DNA of 64,000 bases from Mizuhopecten yessoensis (GCF_002113885.1 NW_018408787.1:898314-962313); one strand, 5' to 3'. Positions 24,856 through 39,177 are shown, numbered from the stretch's first letter. The notes: generated by a model not told the origin, from the sequence alone. A program made the numbers and translations.

Positions 24856-27800
24856 GAACAGATTTCAGTTTTATTTAATCAATGACTACACTGCTACAGT
24901 AAGTATACACAGTCGTGGCGGTCCGGCTGTGTTTCTATTGTTTACTAAAACATTAATATTTACTCACTATTTGTTTGCTACATGTATGCGTTACGCCCGT
25001 GTTTGTTTTATCCAGCCAAAGTATAAAACACACTCCTTGTAACCAGGAGGTCAAGGTCGACCTTACGATGACATTGACAGACAAGAAGTTTGTTACTAGT
25101 CCGTCATACACGTTAATCTGATCTGATTTGATAAATCAACATAAGGTCAAACAGGGCCTCACAGATACATAGAGGTACGCGGTAGGTCTTGGTCAGGACA
25201 GACTCCTCTTAATCTCTTAAACTACTTATATTTACCAACAAATGCCACTGCCATTATATCGCCTTACCAAAATCAGATGGCTTTCATATCAGACATGACT
25301 GCCAGAGCCCACGTGTTGACGCCATCATTATTATGACGTTATAATTGTAACCTTGAATTACCATCCGTTGAATATTATGGTATTATCTATATCTACATTT
25401 GCGCTGCGACGCTGCTATTTAAACAAACAAAAAACAAAAAAAAAAAGAATTTCAGAGGACATACAATTATGAACCGAAGATAAGAAGTAACAATAAAGTG
25501 ACCAAAAAGTAAATATGCACTTCATATTGACTATGAATGCCAACTGAGAACAGTTCAACGCTTAACTGTACATTTGAATCGCGTAACGAGTTCAGAGGAC
25601 AACATATGCAGAAAAAATAAAGAACAGAGAAGATGATGAGCCGACGTAAACAATGTGCGATATGTCACGCTCTACTATAATATGTCGACAATCAATGTCT
25701 GGATCGTGTAGGGGGTTATCGTTCCACAACACAATGGAATGTCAGCTATACATGTATAACACAACAGCAGTTTGGTGCTGCTTCTGTGTGTAAAAACACT
25801 ATTAGATTGATACGATAACTCAACGTCAAAGTGAGACTGCTCACGATATTGTATATACGGAGCGTCAAAGTGAGACTGCTCACGTTAACGTTATTGTACG
25901 GAGTTTTAAAAACACGCGTATGTCGCTGTGGCCTTGTTGTTTAGACAAGTGGGGTAAGGCGTACACATGGCATCATAGATATTTGTTGTAGTTCTGTTTT
26001 GTAAAATGAAGCAGTGCGCATTGTGATCGATCCTATACAAGTACAGCAACTGTTTGAGATAGATAACCCACATCCATAACCTTATGTTTAGTATGTAAGA
26101 TATATAAATCTGAAGCACGTAATCTGATATTTACTGTGTAAGATAAATGACACATAGCCTTATATTTACCGTGTTAAGTAAATGGCACATAACCTTATAT
26201 TCACTGTGTAAAAGATATAGTACGTATTCTTATATTTTACTTTGGACAATGTAATGAAGTGAACACAGATCCTTCAATTTAGCGTGGGAGATATTATATA
26301 TCTTTATATTTACTGTGAATGATATACGATGATAGAATCAGAGTAGGTCACTGTTAAGACATTATTTGAACGACTTTAGAGATTAAATCAGCTCACGTGG
26401 ACATATTTACCATGCCAACGGAATCGGGCAACTATACTCCTTCGTTTACACGTGGGTTTGTAATCATCTGCTGCTAATGTGTACACAGAACATAACATTT
26501 CTGACAAATTACAAACATACAATTAAAATCATATTACAATTTACCTAACTATAATCATATTTTGACACCGGGAATAGACTTACAGGTGCATACCTAATTA
26601 TAATCCTATCATTATAAGAATGCACGACTTACATTCTCTGTAATTATTCATGGGGAGTTGATAGGAAATAGATCATTTCAACACCCTCATCATCATCATC
26701 CGTCTTTATTTTCTACCTTTATTTGATTCCTATAAGACAACACAGATGGCGTCCCACAGTTAGTTTGCACACTAATTAATGGTAGGGATCTGGTCGGGTA
26801 AAGAATTATAAGCCACGTGGAGTAAAGTAAAGTTTTATAGAAGGTATCAATTACAGTTGTTGTTTTTATGATGATAAGTTAGAATCTTAATAGCGATATA
26901 GGTTTGAATGTCAATAGCAAAACTAACGCAATGTTTACATTTAAGTATTTTCATCGGATCGGTGAGCTTTGTCTGACCTTTTCAATAGCAAATCCTGGAT
27001 ACGTCCTGGACAATAAATACATCCAACACGTGCACTATGACTTTATTTTGATTTGTCAGGTCAGGTGTTTTTATTTTATCGTAATATTTTTTTATATATT
27101 TATACCAACTCCTCAACGCTATGGAGTTACCTGACAGTCAGAAATTAATCTCCGTAGATAAAATACCAGAAAAAGTTTGTTTATTTTTACCCGAGTTTAA
27201 TTTTTTTTCTGTAAGAAGACAGTTTCTGTGTTTCTACTCGGTACGTACGTTGATCAGCGTTTTTAATCTGAACCAGTATGCCAGAAAAGCTTAAATATAA
27301 GTTTTTTCCCTCTCCTTCTTTGAGAGCAGCTGTTGCGTGGAATCAAGTTATCAAAACAGACAGAATCGATCCGCTGCTATTTCCCCTTCCTCCCATGTTT
27401 CAGTCCGTCCGCGTTACTCCTATAGGACCAGGGCCGACTGTTCAAAGTATGGTCAGTTTGACGGTACATTTACACAATACAATGGCATCAACAGCATAAC
27501 ACCGTGATCACAACCTAAAACTCTGTGTGTGAGAAATTTAACTGACACGATAGAAAGCTAGCAATGGTGCATATTGGAAGGTTATTAAAGAAATGAACGA
27601 TTCTCTTAATATTATAGTTAACAATTTTATATTGCCTTTCGCGGATCTTTGTTTGTTTCGTTCTAACTCAGTCAATGTGACTTTTCATTAATAAGGTAAT
27701 GACTGTAAGGAAATTTGAAAGTTTAAAACAAATACATACAACAGGGCCATAAGGTAATTTTAATTTGGATGTTTGAAACCAATATATAAAACATATTTTA

Positions 27801-28854
27801 GACAACAAAACTTCTATCTTTGAAAAGATAAAAATGTAAAAACGGGCTATTCATGTATAGATGTTTAAAGAAAGAGATATTTTTCTTTCTAAAACAGTAC
27901 CGGTTTCAACGATTCAGGTGTATGATGCAGTATAATACATTTTTGGCATGTTGTACCTACTGCTATGTTACAGGTGCCATCACCTGTATGCTTCAAGCTT
28001 GAACATCGACATCAACCATCTGGAAAGCAAAGGTTGATCTGACATTTGGCAGACGAGGTTGCATTTTTGGTTTTATTATCTATGAATAGAAATTCATCTT
28101 TTTAACTTTTTGATATTGAATTCAATTCCTTATATCATGTTCACAGCTACAAGCCATCTTTGAAGGTGGTTTCTTTCAATTCATCATGTATTTTAAACAA
28201 CCTGTTTTCACCAAATGGTGGAACAACCATTGTTTAGTTTACCACTTCTGTCCAGCTACTATCACTAATCGGGTATTAGTCTGAAACTTTCGGTTTATAT
28301 TTTGTAATTTGACGTCAGGCCATATAATTGGTTCCCAGTTACTGTAACAGTTGACGGAAGTACTCGTCGTTACAACTCAAACACGGTAGAATATCTAATA
28401 ACAAATAAGTTGTTGATTTCTTGCTGTGTTTCGTCTATCCTAATCCCACTTAATACAGGTTTGATCTCTCAAATGGTTCAATGTTCTGGAGAATATGGCG
28501 TGGGAGTTATTTTCAATGTAAATATCCAAAATAACTCATCAACAAAGCTCCGATGACAGCAGTCCTCTAATCATTTAAAATATATTCTACATATTTCAGA
28601 CGTTTAACGGTACGTACGCTGAGTGACGGTTCTGGCACGTATACCACAGATGTTTTAAACCTTCACGCCTACTCTCACGGTTACAACTAGTCTGGACTAG
28701 TGGTGATTCGTAGATAAGGGAGACAATCGGACTGAGGACAATGCCAGTCTATCGAACAACTTTGCAGTATTTTTGTTCACTCTCCAATCCCATACACACA
28801 TGATTTAAGTGATTTTGGCCGAAAAACTCTTGATCCGTGCATATCAGTTTACTT

Positions 28855-29100
28855 GACACGCGTGTAAAAGTAAACTCGATACGTGTAAAAGTACACTCGA
28901 TACGTGTAAAAGTACACTCGACACGTGTAAAACGGTACACTCGACACGTGTAAAACGGTACATTCGACACGTGTAAAACGGTACACTCGACGTACGTTAC
29001 ACTCGACACGTGTAAAACGGTACACTCGACACGTGTAAAACAGTATACTCGACAAGTGTAAAACGTACGTTACACTAGACACGTGTAAAACGGTACACTA
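28855..29100. repeat. 22-23-bp tandem array containing six perfect CACGTG
   Basis: Unit CGACACGTGTAAAACGGTACACT; CACGTG at 28922, 28945, 28968, 29007, 29030 and 29080. Confidence 0.92.
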
Positions 29101-29518
29101 CACATGACAAGTGAATTACCGCACACAACTATATTAACCGCTCGTGTTACGGTATACGGTGTTACGATACTTTCGCTACATGTGTTACAGTACTAAGAGC
29201 AATTCAGACAGAGGCAAATATTGTCAAATAGTAGTTGCCCATAGCCGAGGACGGCTATTTCCTCTTTCAGCACGGAGAGAAAACTTGTGACATACATTTC
29301 GTCACTCGAAAGACCATTATTGTTTTACTAAGATACAGTTTGTAAACGGCTAATGACAAATCTTAATGACGATATTTTGCTTCCTTTTTTAAATTACATC
29401 AAACGATTTTTCTTACAATTTTTGTCTTTTACTTTAATTTGATGTCCTTAAATAGTCTGCATTCGATGATGTAGGTTTTTCAAAGATATCTTTCCGTTAT
29501 TGTTTTCAGATATCCAAC

Positions 29519-29588
29519 ATGGACACCTTAATTGACGGACTTGATACTGAGAAGTGGCAGGAGACTGAGGAGTCGAGTCTAGGAGAAG
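29519..29588 (+). CDS. Candidate first coding exon of a 98-aa uncharacterised protein (MDTLIDGLDTEKWQETEESSLGE-G)
   Basis: Acceptor TTATTGTTTTCAG ends at 29509; CAACATGG start context; donor GAAG|GTACGA after 29588 (phase 1). Confidence 0.55.
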
Positions 29589-30522
29589 GTACGAGACATC
29601 CTCGCTCATTGTTCACAGGGGTAGAATACCTGCACCATGGTTTATCTGTGGTCCCAATCAAAACTCAATGTTTATTCTCCATAACAATTAAGAATTCGGG
29701 GGAAAACACAAAAATAACCAGTACTATGGATATCAAAAGCGAGGTACGAGTTCATATACAAAATTTGTACATGCATGCATACGCTAGCATTCTTCCTGTC
29801 TATCAGATCACGATGATTTGTTTAAAGGACACCACTCATCAGCCTAGCATATAGAACATTAATCTTTTATAAGAAAAGTTCAAACGTCACTGTTGGGAGC
29901 TCAGTTTCTGTTCTGTGACTAGAGGCGTATCAACGACAATGCTAAGTGAACGTTTAGGCCGCATGGTATGAATATGTTCATTAAAAACCCTGTTTACAGT
30001 GCAGGAGTATGACAGCGATTCCGGCTTTTGTTTGGGGAATTATGAATAAAGTAGTATTTTATACCTAGTAACAACAGTGAAATGTCATTATCAAAGCATA
30101 GCAATTTCTTAGCATGCCAGGACAAGGAGAGAGCGGGAGAAAATGAAAGTAGGACATTTTTGTTGTGGTTGTGTATACCTAACGTTGGCAACCATTGGTT
30201 CATTGATTGTGACACCGTTGTAAGCGTCAGTCGCTTCTTGAGGTGCTTCTTAATTCTGTCCACTTCACTTCCGGTTGCATTAGGAGGTATTGAAGAAGAC
30301 TCGTTTCTCAAACCATGTCTTTTAATTGTTACTTTTAAGTTAACCATATGATAATACTCTCTATACAACTGATTCAGAGTGTTATTAAGTGATGACCTGA
30401 TTAGTTCAGAGTGTACTTATTTGCTTACCTAATTAGTAGATAATTTTGACGGGCAATCGAGGTACATGTATACGTTGTTATAACGACTAACGAGCAATGT
30501 AATCGTCAGCTTTGTATCCGGG

Positions 30523-30940
30523 TAATGGTTCAGTCACTTTTTCGACGGTCGCCGGCCGGGAAGAAGGAACCGGCCGCCGGGAACTTTTTTTTTCAATGTC
30601 TGGGATTTGCCGTGTGTATGGTCACATTTGCCGGATTAAATCGAACGGACATCTGAAGGATACCGTATAGGGAGCCCGTAAGACTATCGAAATGATACCG
30701 CAAGGCTATCTTACGATGGCCGGTCGTTGCGAACGGTAGCCGGAAGATGTTCGCGTGACGGGCGGGATACGTACGGAGTCCGTACGAGCTTTCGCTTTTT
30801 ATATGGCGTGTATATAGGGAAGCCCACCAGCAACTGTTATGCTTCCTTACGGTTGCCCTGCTTGCCGGCCGAGTTTTGCCAAAAAACCTCATCGCCCCGG
30901 CGCCTTTTCGGAAATCGGCGCAAATGTGACTGAAGCATTA
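30523..30940. mobile_element. GC/CpG-rich MITE with short degenerate TIRs, TA-flanked
   Basis: Left TAATGGTTCAGTCACTTT versus reverse complement of the right end TAATGCTTCAGTCACATTT; internal palindromes such as CGTACGGAGTCCGTACG. Confidence 0.6.
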
Positions 30941-33434
30941 AGGGGCGTTTCGGCCTCCGGGAAGGAAAACCAGTTGTTAAGTTGAACCTTATGTTCTCTT
31001 TGAATGTGGTTTATGCAAACAAAATTGTATTTCCACAGCTTCAGGAGGCTGAGTTCCCACAACTTGCTCAATAGCTTCGCCCCCACTCTCTACCCTTCAG
31101 AAAACCCTTGATTGCGCCTGATATTTCACACAAACGAAAGTGTACAATTCACAATAGCGAAGTAAGATTTTGTTGTACCGATAGCCGACGGATTGTTCGA
31201 TTATTGGCCCTAGCACAGTGTGAGATACGATTTTACCGCAAATTTAGTTCAAAGATAGGGAACGCAATGGTAAATATTGCACGCCTTACGCATCTCCACA
31301 AGTAATTGACGTTTGGTTTCGATAAATAATGTATTTTGTTACGTCTTGTTGCCAACCTTACTGAGATAAATTGTCTGTGTGTCGTGTGGCCTGATGCCAT
31401 GTGTGATGTGGTATGTATCGTCACAGCACCGTCGTCCGTAACACGAGAATTGTATTACTGTCACGTGATACAAATTGATAACTTTCATGTGACGCGTTCC
31501 CTTGTTTCGTGTATTTAACTTACCAGAATAACATGTTATTGACGAATCTCATATGCAATAAGATTGGATATTGCCATACGTTAAATTTGTTAGACAAGTT
31601 TGATTTACCTGTGCTTTCATCACCAAACAAAATTCATTTGATTAACCTGTATTCAATAACATCATTAGGCAAACACGATTTAATTTACTTGTACTAAGTC
31701 ACGTGACATCACTAGACTTTGATTGCACTGGTTAACAACTTAGCTATTCAAGAACTAATTTTCTTGTTTAAGATTGAATGCTTTGTTCAGACCAGCCATG
31801 TTTTAACGCGCTTATTTCATACTGCAAAATCAGAAAGTAAAGTCTAGACACTGAAAAATGTATTCGGCTTCACGTTAAATTAGTACCTCGAAATCATGAC
31901 GAAAATGAACTTTGATGAGCAGAAAAAAGAATCGGACTTATAGGCACACAGTATGTCTTTCAGCATCAGAACGGTTATTTGGATACAGGCACTGAAAATT
32001 ACCAAGTTGTACTTACATTCCAATGGTATATCAACGCGCAATTGCTCTCTAGCAACTTATTGATAGCAAAGGGCTGAGTTTCCCTCCCTTATATAGAGCA
32101 CTGGATGTTGTCATCAAGACATGATGATCAGTGAATATGACTGAAACACATTGTTATTTAAATGTACTGATCACACCAAGAATAAACCCGGCAATAAGTT
32201 ATCCACTTGTATTTATGACTACCATACTATCATAAGGGGAGACAATTGTGGTTTTAGGTTTATGTGAGTTTTATAACTAGCAGCCATACAAGAATACATC
32301 TATTTATTATGTAATTCATCATTATAAATGTACTCCCGATCCGTGTTACCCATTCATCACATGCTTCTGATTTATACAAAAAATCAAAATTTACGTTGAT
32401 GCGATAAGCACCTTTATTTCAGATGAAGTTTTGTAAATTTAACTCAAAGTTAGTAACTTATCACGTACTTCATTATCCGTACGTGTTAATCATCTTATGT
32501 TCTGTGTTATAAAACAAATACAGTTTCTTTTAGAAATCAAACGACGTGTCAATATTTTATTTAAGAAATAATTATTTGCATTATTGATATCTTAAGCTGA
32601 CGAAACTGCTGATAAATGGGCCCGTTTCCGATATCTATAAATACGCTATATCTTTCTCTCTGAAAGCTACCCGACGATTTATAAAATGCCGAGAGATTCC
32701 ACGCTCGGTGATTATAATGAATTACTGAATGTACGGTTTATGCTGTTTTCTGTACCTATGACAGACGTCAGAGAGCGACTCGGAGTTCCAAAGATTTCTT
32801 ACCTGTCGAGGTAAAAATTCGGAATCATTATCAGCATAGTCAGAGGATCAAAGAACACTCAAATGATATTTATACCGACGTAGCGACCATGAAGCACGCG
32901 CGCGTCTAGGTTGACGGATCAGTTTGTACGATCAACACATAAATGTGTATAGAGTACCCATGTGGTTATTAAAATATATGTGGTCAGATCTGTCTTACTT
33001 AAGCGTTAAACTGTTGAGTTGGCATTTATAGTCATTATGAATGTAAATCAAAATTCCACGAATCTCCCTTGTGTAATGTGTTATAGTTAATCAATTCTAG
33101 TTGGTATTTATATTGGGTATGCATGTATTTGCCATAACTAAAGTTTTTTAATCTCATTAGTAAAATATATTTATATCAACATTTAGCGTTTTGTTCAAAT
33201 AAGTGTATGCACTAACAAAAAAGCAACAACAGCATCAAACGTAACAGGACAAGGCTTTATTCATTCGTACCTGCTATGAAGGTCATCTGAATGTGGTATG
33301 GTTATATTATCATACAAGGTTGCTTATCATAATAAATGTGCTGCAATACTTAATGTGTTGGTATTGGAATGATCAGAATCTGTGTCCATTGCGCTCAGTT
33401 TCTGATGACATCATCTGTTTTTGTGTACTTGTAG

Positions 33435-33661
33435 GTTATGTGACGTATCATTTGAATAGGAACCACAGACGCGCTGACGACAAAAGTATTGTCGTCCTGA
33501 TAGCCGAGGAGGACGGAGAAGGAAGAAACGTGACCCTGGCAGGAACGAGGCCCAACAAAGACCCACTCAAAAACATTGGCCAATGCGATCTCAAACTCGA
33601 CACCGACCAGAAATTCATTATAGGCATCAACCTGGACGGAGACTGCGTCGTGTGCAAATAG
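33435..33661 (+). CDS. Candidate terminal coding exon of the same protein (GYVTYHLNRNHRRADDKSIVVLIAEE...GINLDGDCVVCK*)
   Basis: Acceptor TTTTTGTGTACTTGTAG ends at 33434, phase 1 matching the 29588 donor; GC-richer island ending at the TAG; AATAAA at 33866-33871. Confidence 0.62.
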
Positions 33662-35079
33662 ACATGCGTACTCTCGCAACTCCAATCTCGAAACTTTTAT
33701 TTTTTCATAATATGCAATTTTATAAAAGTGCAGATATTTGATCAGTGTTTTGTGCCGTTATCTATTTTCAAGAACTTATCTTGAAATGTCCAGATGTTTC
33801 TATTTAGAGAACATGTGAATTATGAATCCGCCTGTCCCTGATAGTTCGATGATATATTGCTCGTTAATAAAAACCTATGTCTATACACACCCCTATATGC
33901 TGTTCCTGTTCTATGTTTTCTGTTTCTCATTCCATGGCGCTACGTGTACCTAATACAGACACACCAGCTGTAAAACTTCACATTTTATGATGCTTGATTA
34001 CATGGTTAGTTCGATTCAGAAAACAACCAAATTGAGAAATGTTCCTTTTGTAGCGGAGGTATAGACGGTTTATTTTCTTGTTAAATGTAGACGCTTTTGT
34101 TTTCAAAGTCCAACTAAACGGATTTTCCTAGATTGCTTAACATCGATTTCTTTATATAACCACATTTCAGTTCCTATAGGCGGACATACGGAAACACTTG
34201 ACAACTGCATTTCAAACATGATTGACAATTGTAAACCAGAGCTCAAATTTGACTGGCAATGATATTTTCCACTTGTCCTATTTCTTGACTATGTATAGTC
34301 TCTAATCAAAATAGCAATCTCAAATGAGGGGTCAGTGCTATCTAGGTCGCTGTCACTATGACGTTAGGATCATATTGACAACGAAATTCATTTTAAATAA
34401 AACATTCACTATCACCATATGGTATCAGTCTCGCTCAGTAAATAAAATCGAATAAGTCTTAAAAACGTAATATATCTTTAATACACAAGGTTGGAAATTG
34501 ACCTCAAAGTCGTTACATAGCAACAATCAACATAACCTCTGAAGCTTCAAAAGGAGAAGGAATGACATTTAGAAAGGCTAAGTATGACAACCAGTACGTG
34601 TTTATGTGTGCCTTTTCAGTGACTCAGACAAATACTAGTACATCAGACAAATGACCAATGAATCGGTTTTACAATAACGTATCCGTTTGTCTGTTTCAGT
34701 GGTTTACGACCGCTTCACTACCGAGTGGTTCGGTTATCCAGATGACAACAGCGTATCTGAATCGAGATTTGATTTTTTACTACCAAATTGTACATATTTT
34801 ACACGTACCTACGCTTCACTGGTCTTTTGTCTGATGAAGGTTACAGGGAACGTATCGTACAAGTCATCGAAACTTCACTCATAAACTCTTACTTGTTGCG
34901 ATACATACACAGCCTTCCTACAATTTATACTTACTAACCTGAAGAACCCATACACCCAATGGAGGCGAATCGATGTACTCCAGCTGAACAAACGTGTCCC
35001 GCACCACGCATGGCATCCGTCTTGGTGTCTCGTACGAAATACAAGACCACTATATACATTAGAGTTTACCGATGATCTT

Positions 35080-36465
35080 GGATAAACTGGACCATATACA
35101 ATTATAGTGCTTCAGTGAACAACATCTGGAGAACAACAACATATTATATGACATATAACACGGCTTTAGATCCTCCAGATCCTGCGAAACACAGCATACC
35201 ACATTCATACACGACCTCGCATCAAACAGCAACATCAACAAACATCATCATAATGGACTTTGCCAAAGCTTTAGACAAAGTCCCACATAAACGATTACAG
35301 TACAAACTCAAATATTACGGGATAACAGGGAACACACACGCATGAATTACAGTCTTTCTCTCATTCCGCACCGAAATAGCAGAACTTGAGGGCAAGCAAT
35401 AAGATAAAATACATGTGACCCCTGGGATCCCTCAAGGATCCTGTTTGGGCCCCATCCTCTTCCTCATCTGCATCAATGACTTCCACGAATACATGCAATA
35501 CAGTACACCGAGGCTCGTTGCAGACGACATCATCATAAACAAGACGATAAACAACAAAGAAGACACACCAAAACTACATCATGACCTCGACGCAGCAGGA
35601 CAATGGGAGACAGACTGGCTTGTAAAATCTCACCCTGACAAATACAACATACTCAACATTACACCGATACGCAACAAAATAACATGACCCCAAGTCGAAT
35701 CTAGCAAATACTTAGGCTTAACATTACAAAATAACTAACGATGGGACAAACATATAAACAACATTACAGCCAAGGCCAATAGTTCACTAGGTTTTCTGAA
35801 GCGCAACTTCAAAATAAACTCACCACATATAAATGAACACGCATGCAAAGCACTAGTCAAACCAAAACTTGCATACTGCTCTTCCATTTGGGACCCATAC
35901 AGCACAAAACCAAATTCAACAAATAGAAAACAACAAAACGAAGATCATCACAGACAGACATCACCACACCAGCTCAGTGTCAGACATGATCTACAAACTA
36001 CAATGGCCAACACTACAAACACGACGTCTTCACACAAGAATTATCCTTTTTTACATAAAAATGTCACCAAATTGTAGTAATATAGCCAACATCTATACTC
36101 ACATCTGTATACCCTCGAACCAGACCTGCACACCCTTACGCATACAAACACATATCTGCTCCAAAGGACACCTACAAATATTCATTCTTCCCACACACAA
36201 TCACACAATGGAATCTCCATCCCATGGCAGCAGTACAATCCACAACATTCGACGACTTCAAGGCACACATAATACCCTATGCAGCCATTGAATCCCTCAT
36301 CACACGCTAGAGCATACGCCAGCTTTTATCTTATACCCTGCTCAAAAAACCTTATCTAATCTCTGTAAATAACCCCCCTTTTCACGCCTCTGTGCAAAGG
36401 TTCCCAGGGGCATACTCATCAGGATATTGATGGAGCTCTTGTACTCTAAAGAAGACAGAAGAGGA
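35080..36465 (+). mobile_element. 5'-truncated, decayed LINE (CR1/L2 group): reverse transcriptase and 3' region
   Basis: MDFAKALDKVPHKRL, GIPQGSCLGPILFLICIND, VADD and WLVKSHPDK motifs, with stops and frameshifts. Confidence 0.9.
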
Positions 36466-36500
36466 GGTCGGTACATGAATCCGTGAAACATTGATACTAA

Positions 36501-38240
36501 ACATCACATTGATATGGTTAATGTCTCAGCGTACTAGAGTAACATGTCTTGTATATCACATTGATATGGTTATATGTCTCAGTATACTACGGTAACATGT
36601 CTTGTACATCACATTGATATGGTTATATGTCTTAGCGTACTACAGTAACATGTCTTGTATATCACATTGATATGGTTATATGTCTCAGTGTACTACAGTA
36701 ACATGTCTTGTACATCACATTGATATGGTTATAGGTCTCGGTGTACTACAGTAACATGTCTTGTACATCACATTCATATGGTTATAGGTCTTAGTGTACT
36801 ACAGTAACATGTCTTGTACATCACATTCATATGGTTATAGGTCTTAGTGTACTACAGTAACATGTCTTGTACATCACATTCATATGGTTATAGGTCTTAG
36901 TGTACTACAGTAACATGTCTTGTACATCACATTGATATGGTTAATGTCTCGGTGTACTACAGTAACATGTCTTGTACATCACATTGATATGGTTAATGTC
37001 TCAGTGTACTACAGTAACACGTCTTGTACATCACATTGATATGGTTAATGTCTCAGCGTACCACAGTAATATGTCTTGTATATCACAATGATATGGTTAT
37101 ATGTCTGAGCGTACTACAGTTACATGTCTTGTTCATCACATTGATATGGTTAATGTCTCAGTGTACTACAGTAACACGTCTTGTACATCACATTGATATG
37201 GTTCATGTCTCGGTGTACTACAGTAACATGCCTTGTACATCACATTGATATGGTTCATGTCTCGGTGTACTACAGTAACATGTCTTGTACACCACATTGA
37301 TATGGTTATATGTCTCGGTAAACTACAGTAACATGTCTTGTATATCCCATTGATATGGTTATATGTCTCAGCGTACTACAGTAACATGACTTGTACATCA
37401 CATTCATATGGTTATAGGTCTCACTGTACTACAGTAACATGTCTTGTGCATCACATTCATATGGTTATAGGTCTCAGTGTACTACAGTAACATGTACATC
37501 ACATTGATATGGTTAATGTCTCGGTGTACTACAGTAACATGTCTTGTGCATCACATTCATATGGTTATAGGTCTCAGTATACTACAGTAACATGTCTTGT
37601 ACAACACATTGATATGGTTATAGGTCTCAGCGTACTACAGTAACATGACTTGTACATCACATTCATATGGTTATACGTCTCAGTGTACTACAGTAACATG
37701 TACATCACATTGATATGGTTAATGTCTCAGTGTACTACAGTAACACGTCTTGTACATCACATTGATATGGTTCTATGTCTCAGTGTACTACAGTAACATG
37801 TCTTGTGCATCACATTCATATGGTTATAGGTCTCACTGTACTACAGTAACATGTCTTGTGCATCACATTCATATGGTTATAGGTCTCAGTATACTACAGT
37901 AACATGTCTTGTACATCAGATTGATATGGTTATATGTCTCAGCGTACTACAGTAACATGACTTGTACATCACATTCATATGGTTATAGGTCTCACTGTAC
38001 TACAGTAACATGTCTTGTACATAACATTGATATGGTTATATGTCTCGGTGTACTACAGTACAATATAACATGTCTTGTACATCACATTAATATGGTTAAT
38101 GTCTCAGCGTACCCCAGTAATATGTCTTGTATATCACAATGATATGGTTATATGTCTGAGCGTACTACAGTTACATGTCTTGTACATCACATTGATATGG
38201 TTAATGTCTCAGTGTACTACAGCAACATGTCTTGTATATC
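36501..38240. repeat. 52-53-bp tandem array, about 33 copies
   Basis: Unit CATCACATTGATATGGTTATATGTCTCAGTGTACTACAGTAACATGTCTTGTA. Confidence 0.97.
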
Positions 38241-38712
38241 GCCTGCAGGCTGTTACATTTACTGGAATAGTTCCACTATTTGTTCTTTTTCTTCTTTTCA
38301 CATCTGGTTAATATGATAACGAAATCTTATGTTCGTGCGCTTTGTAAATTCTTAGAGTATTTAGGCTTTTGAATAATAAGATAAAATATCTCTAAGTGTT
38401 AGAAAGTATTTGATATTGATGTTATTATTCCCAAGTAAAACAATGGAGCGATGGACAGTATTATCGATAATCTTATTGATTAGAAACGTCACCTTCTTTT
38501 CATACGATATAATGTACACGTTTCAGCACAATCAAGGAAACATCTGATACAAATATTCACTGACACATCTGTCATTATTTGTCCGATACAAACATACATA
38601 AACCAGACAAAAAGATTTTGAATCTTTGCATTCGTGTCACTTCAGTGACACGAATGGATATTAACGTTCATACTTGATGAGCATTTCTATAAGTTTCGAG
38701 GCCGCGATAAGA

Positions 38713-38815
38713 ATGAGAAGGACGCTGCACACGTCTGTGGTTACGGTTATCGTCTGGGCTCTAGTATTGTCCTTGTCCGGAATATCTTATTTCGTACAGA
38801 GGTATCGTTCATGTG
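38713..38815 (+). CDS. Carbohydrate sulfotransferase exon 1: cytoplasmic tail and type II signal anchor
   Basis: MRRTLHTSVVTVIVWALVLSLSGISYFVQRYRSC; donor GTG|GTAGGT after 38815 (phase 1) joins in frame to acceptor TTTCCCTTAG at 39420. Confidence 0.72.
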
Positions 38816-39177
38816 GTAGGTACACTTAAAGTAGAAACATTATGTTTGCGTTAAGTAGATGCAACATTTGTGATTTCATGTTCTGTTTTGAGTATACATT
38901 TTATGGAGTAGATATTTCGTGTTATATTTACCATTCAGTTATATGTACAATGTATTAAGTTAGTTTGGCAGTACCTGATATGATGATATTTGTTTCTGTA
39001 GAAGTTTTCATTAGATTAAAGATATCTATAAATTTTGCGAGGTAAATGTAACTTGTTCACATAATTTAATTTTCTTCCTTAATCTAGTAGTGTATGAGCA
39101 TGTAGTAGCAGACAATCCATTCAGTCATTGTTTACATGAGGGACATGCTATCATTTGACCATGGATTCTCTTACAGT

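Noticed and set aside
29589-29854. Remainder of ORF 29519-29854 and the alternative donor after 29743
   Set aside because: That donor is phase 0 and incompatible with the phase-1 acceptor at 33434; treated as intron read-through
29994-30368. 124-aa minus-strand ORF and overlapping 89-aa plus-strand ORF
   Set aside because: No recognisable motif or convincing splice signals, and both lie within the predicted intron
1-38240. Regular 23-57-bp repeats as possible CRISPR arrays
   Set aside because: The units are head to tail with no unique spacers, there are no cas genes, and the context is eukaryotic
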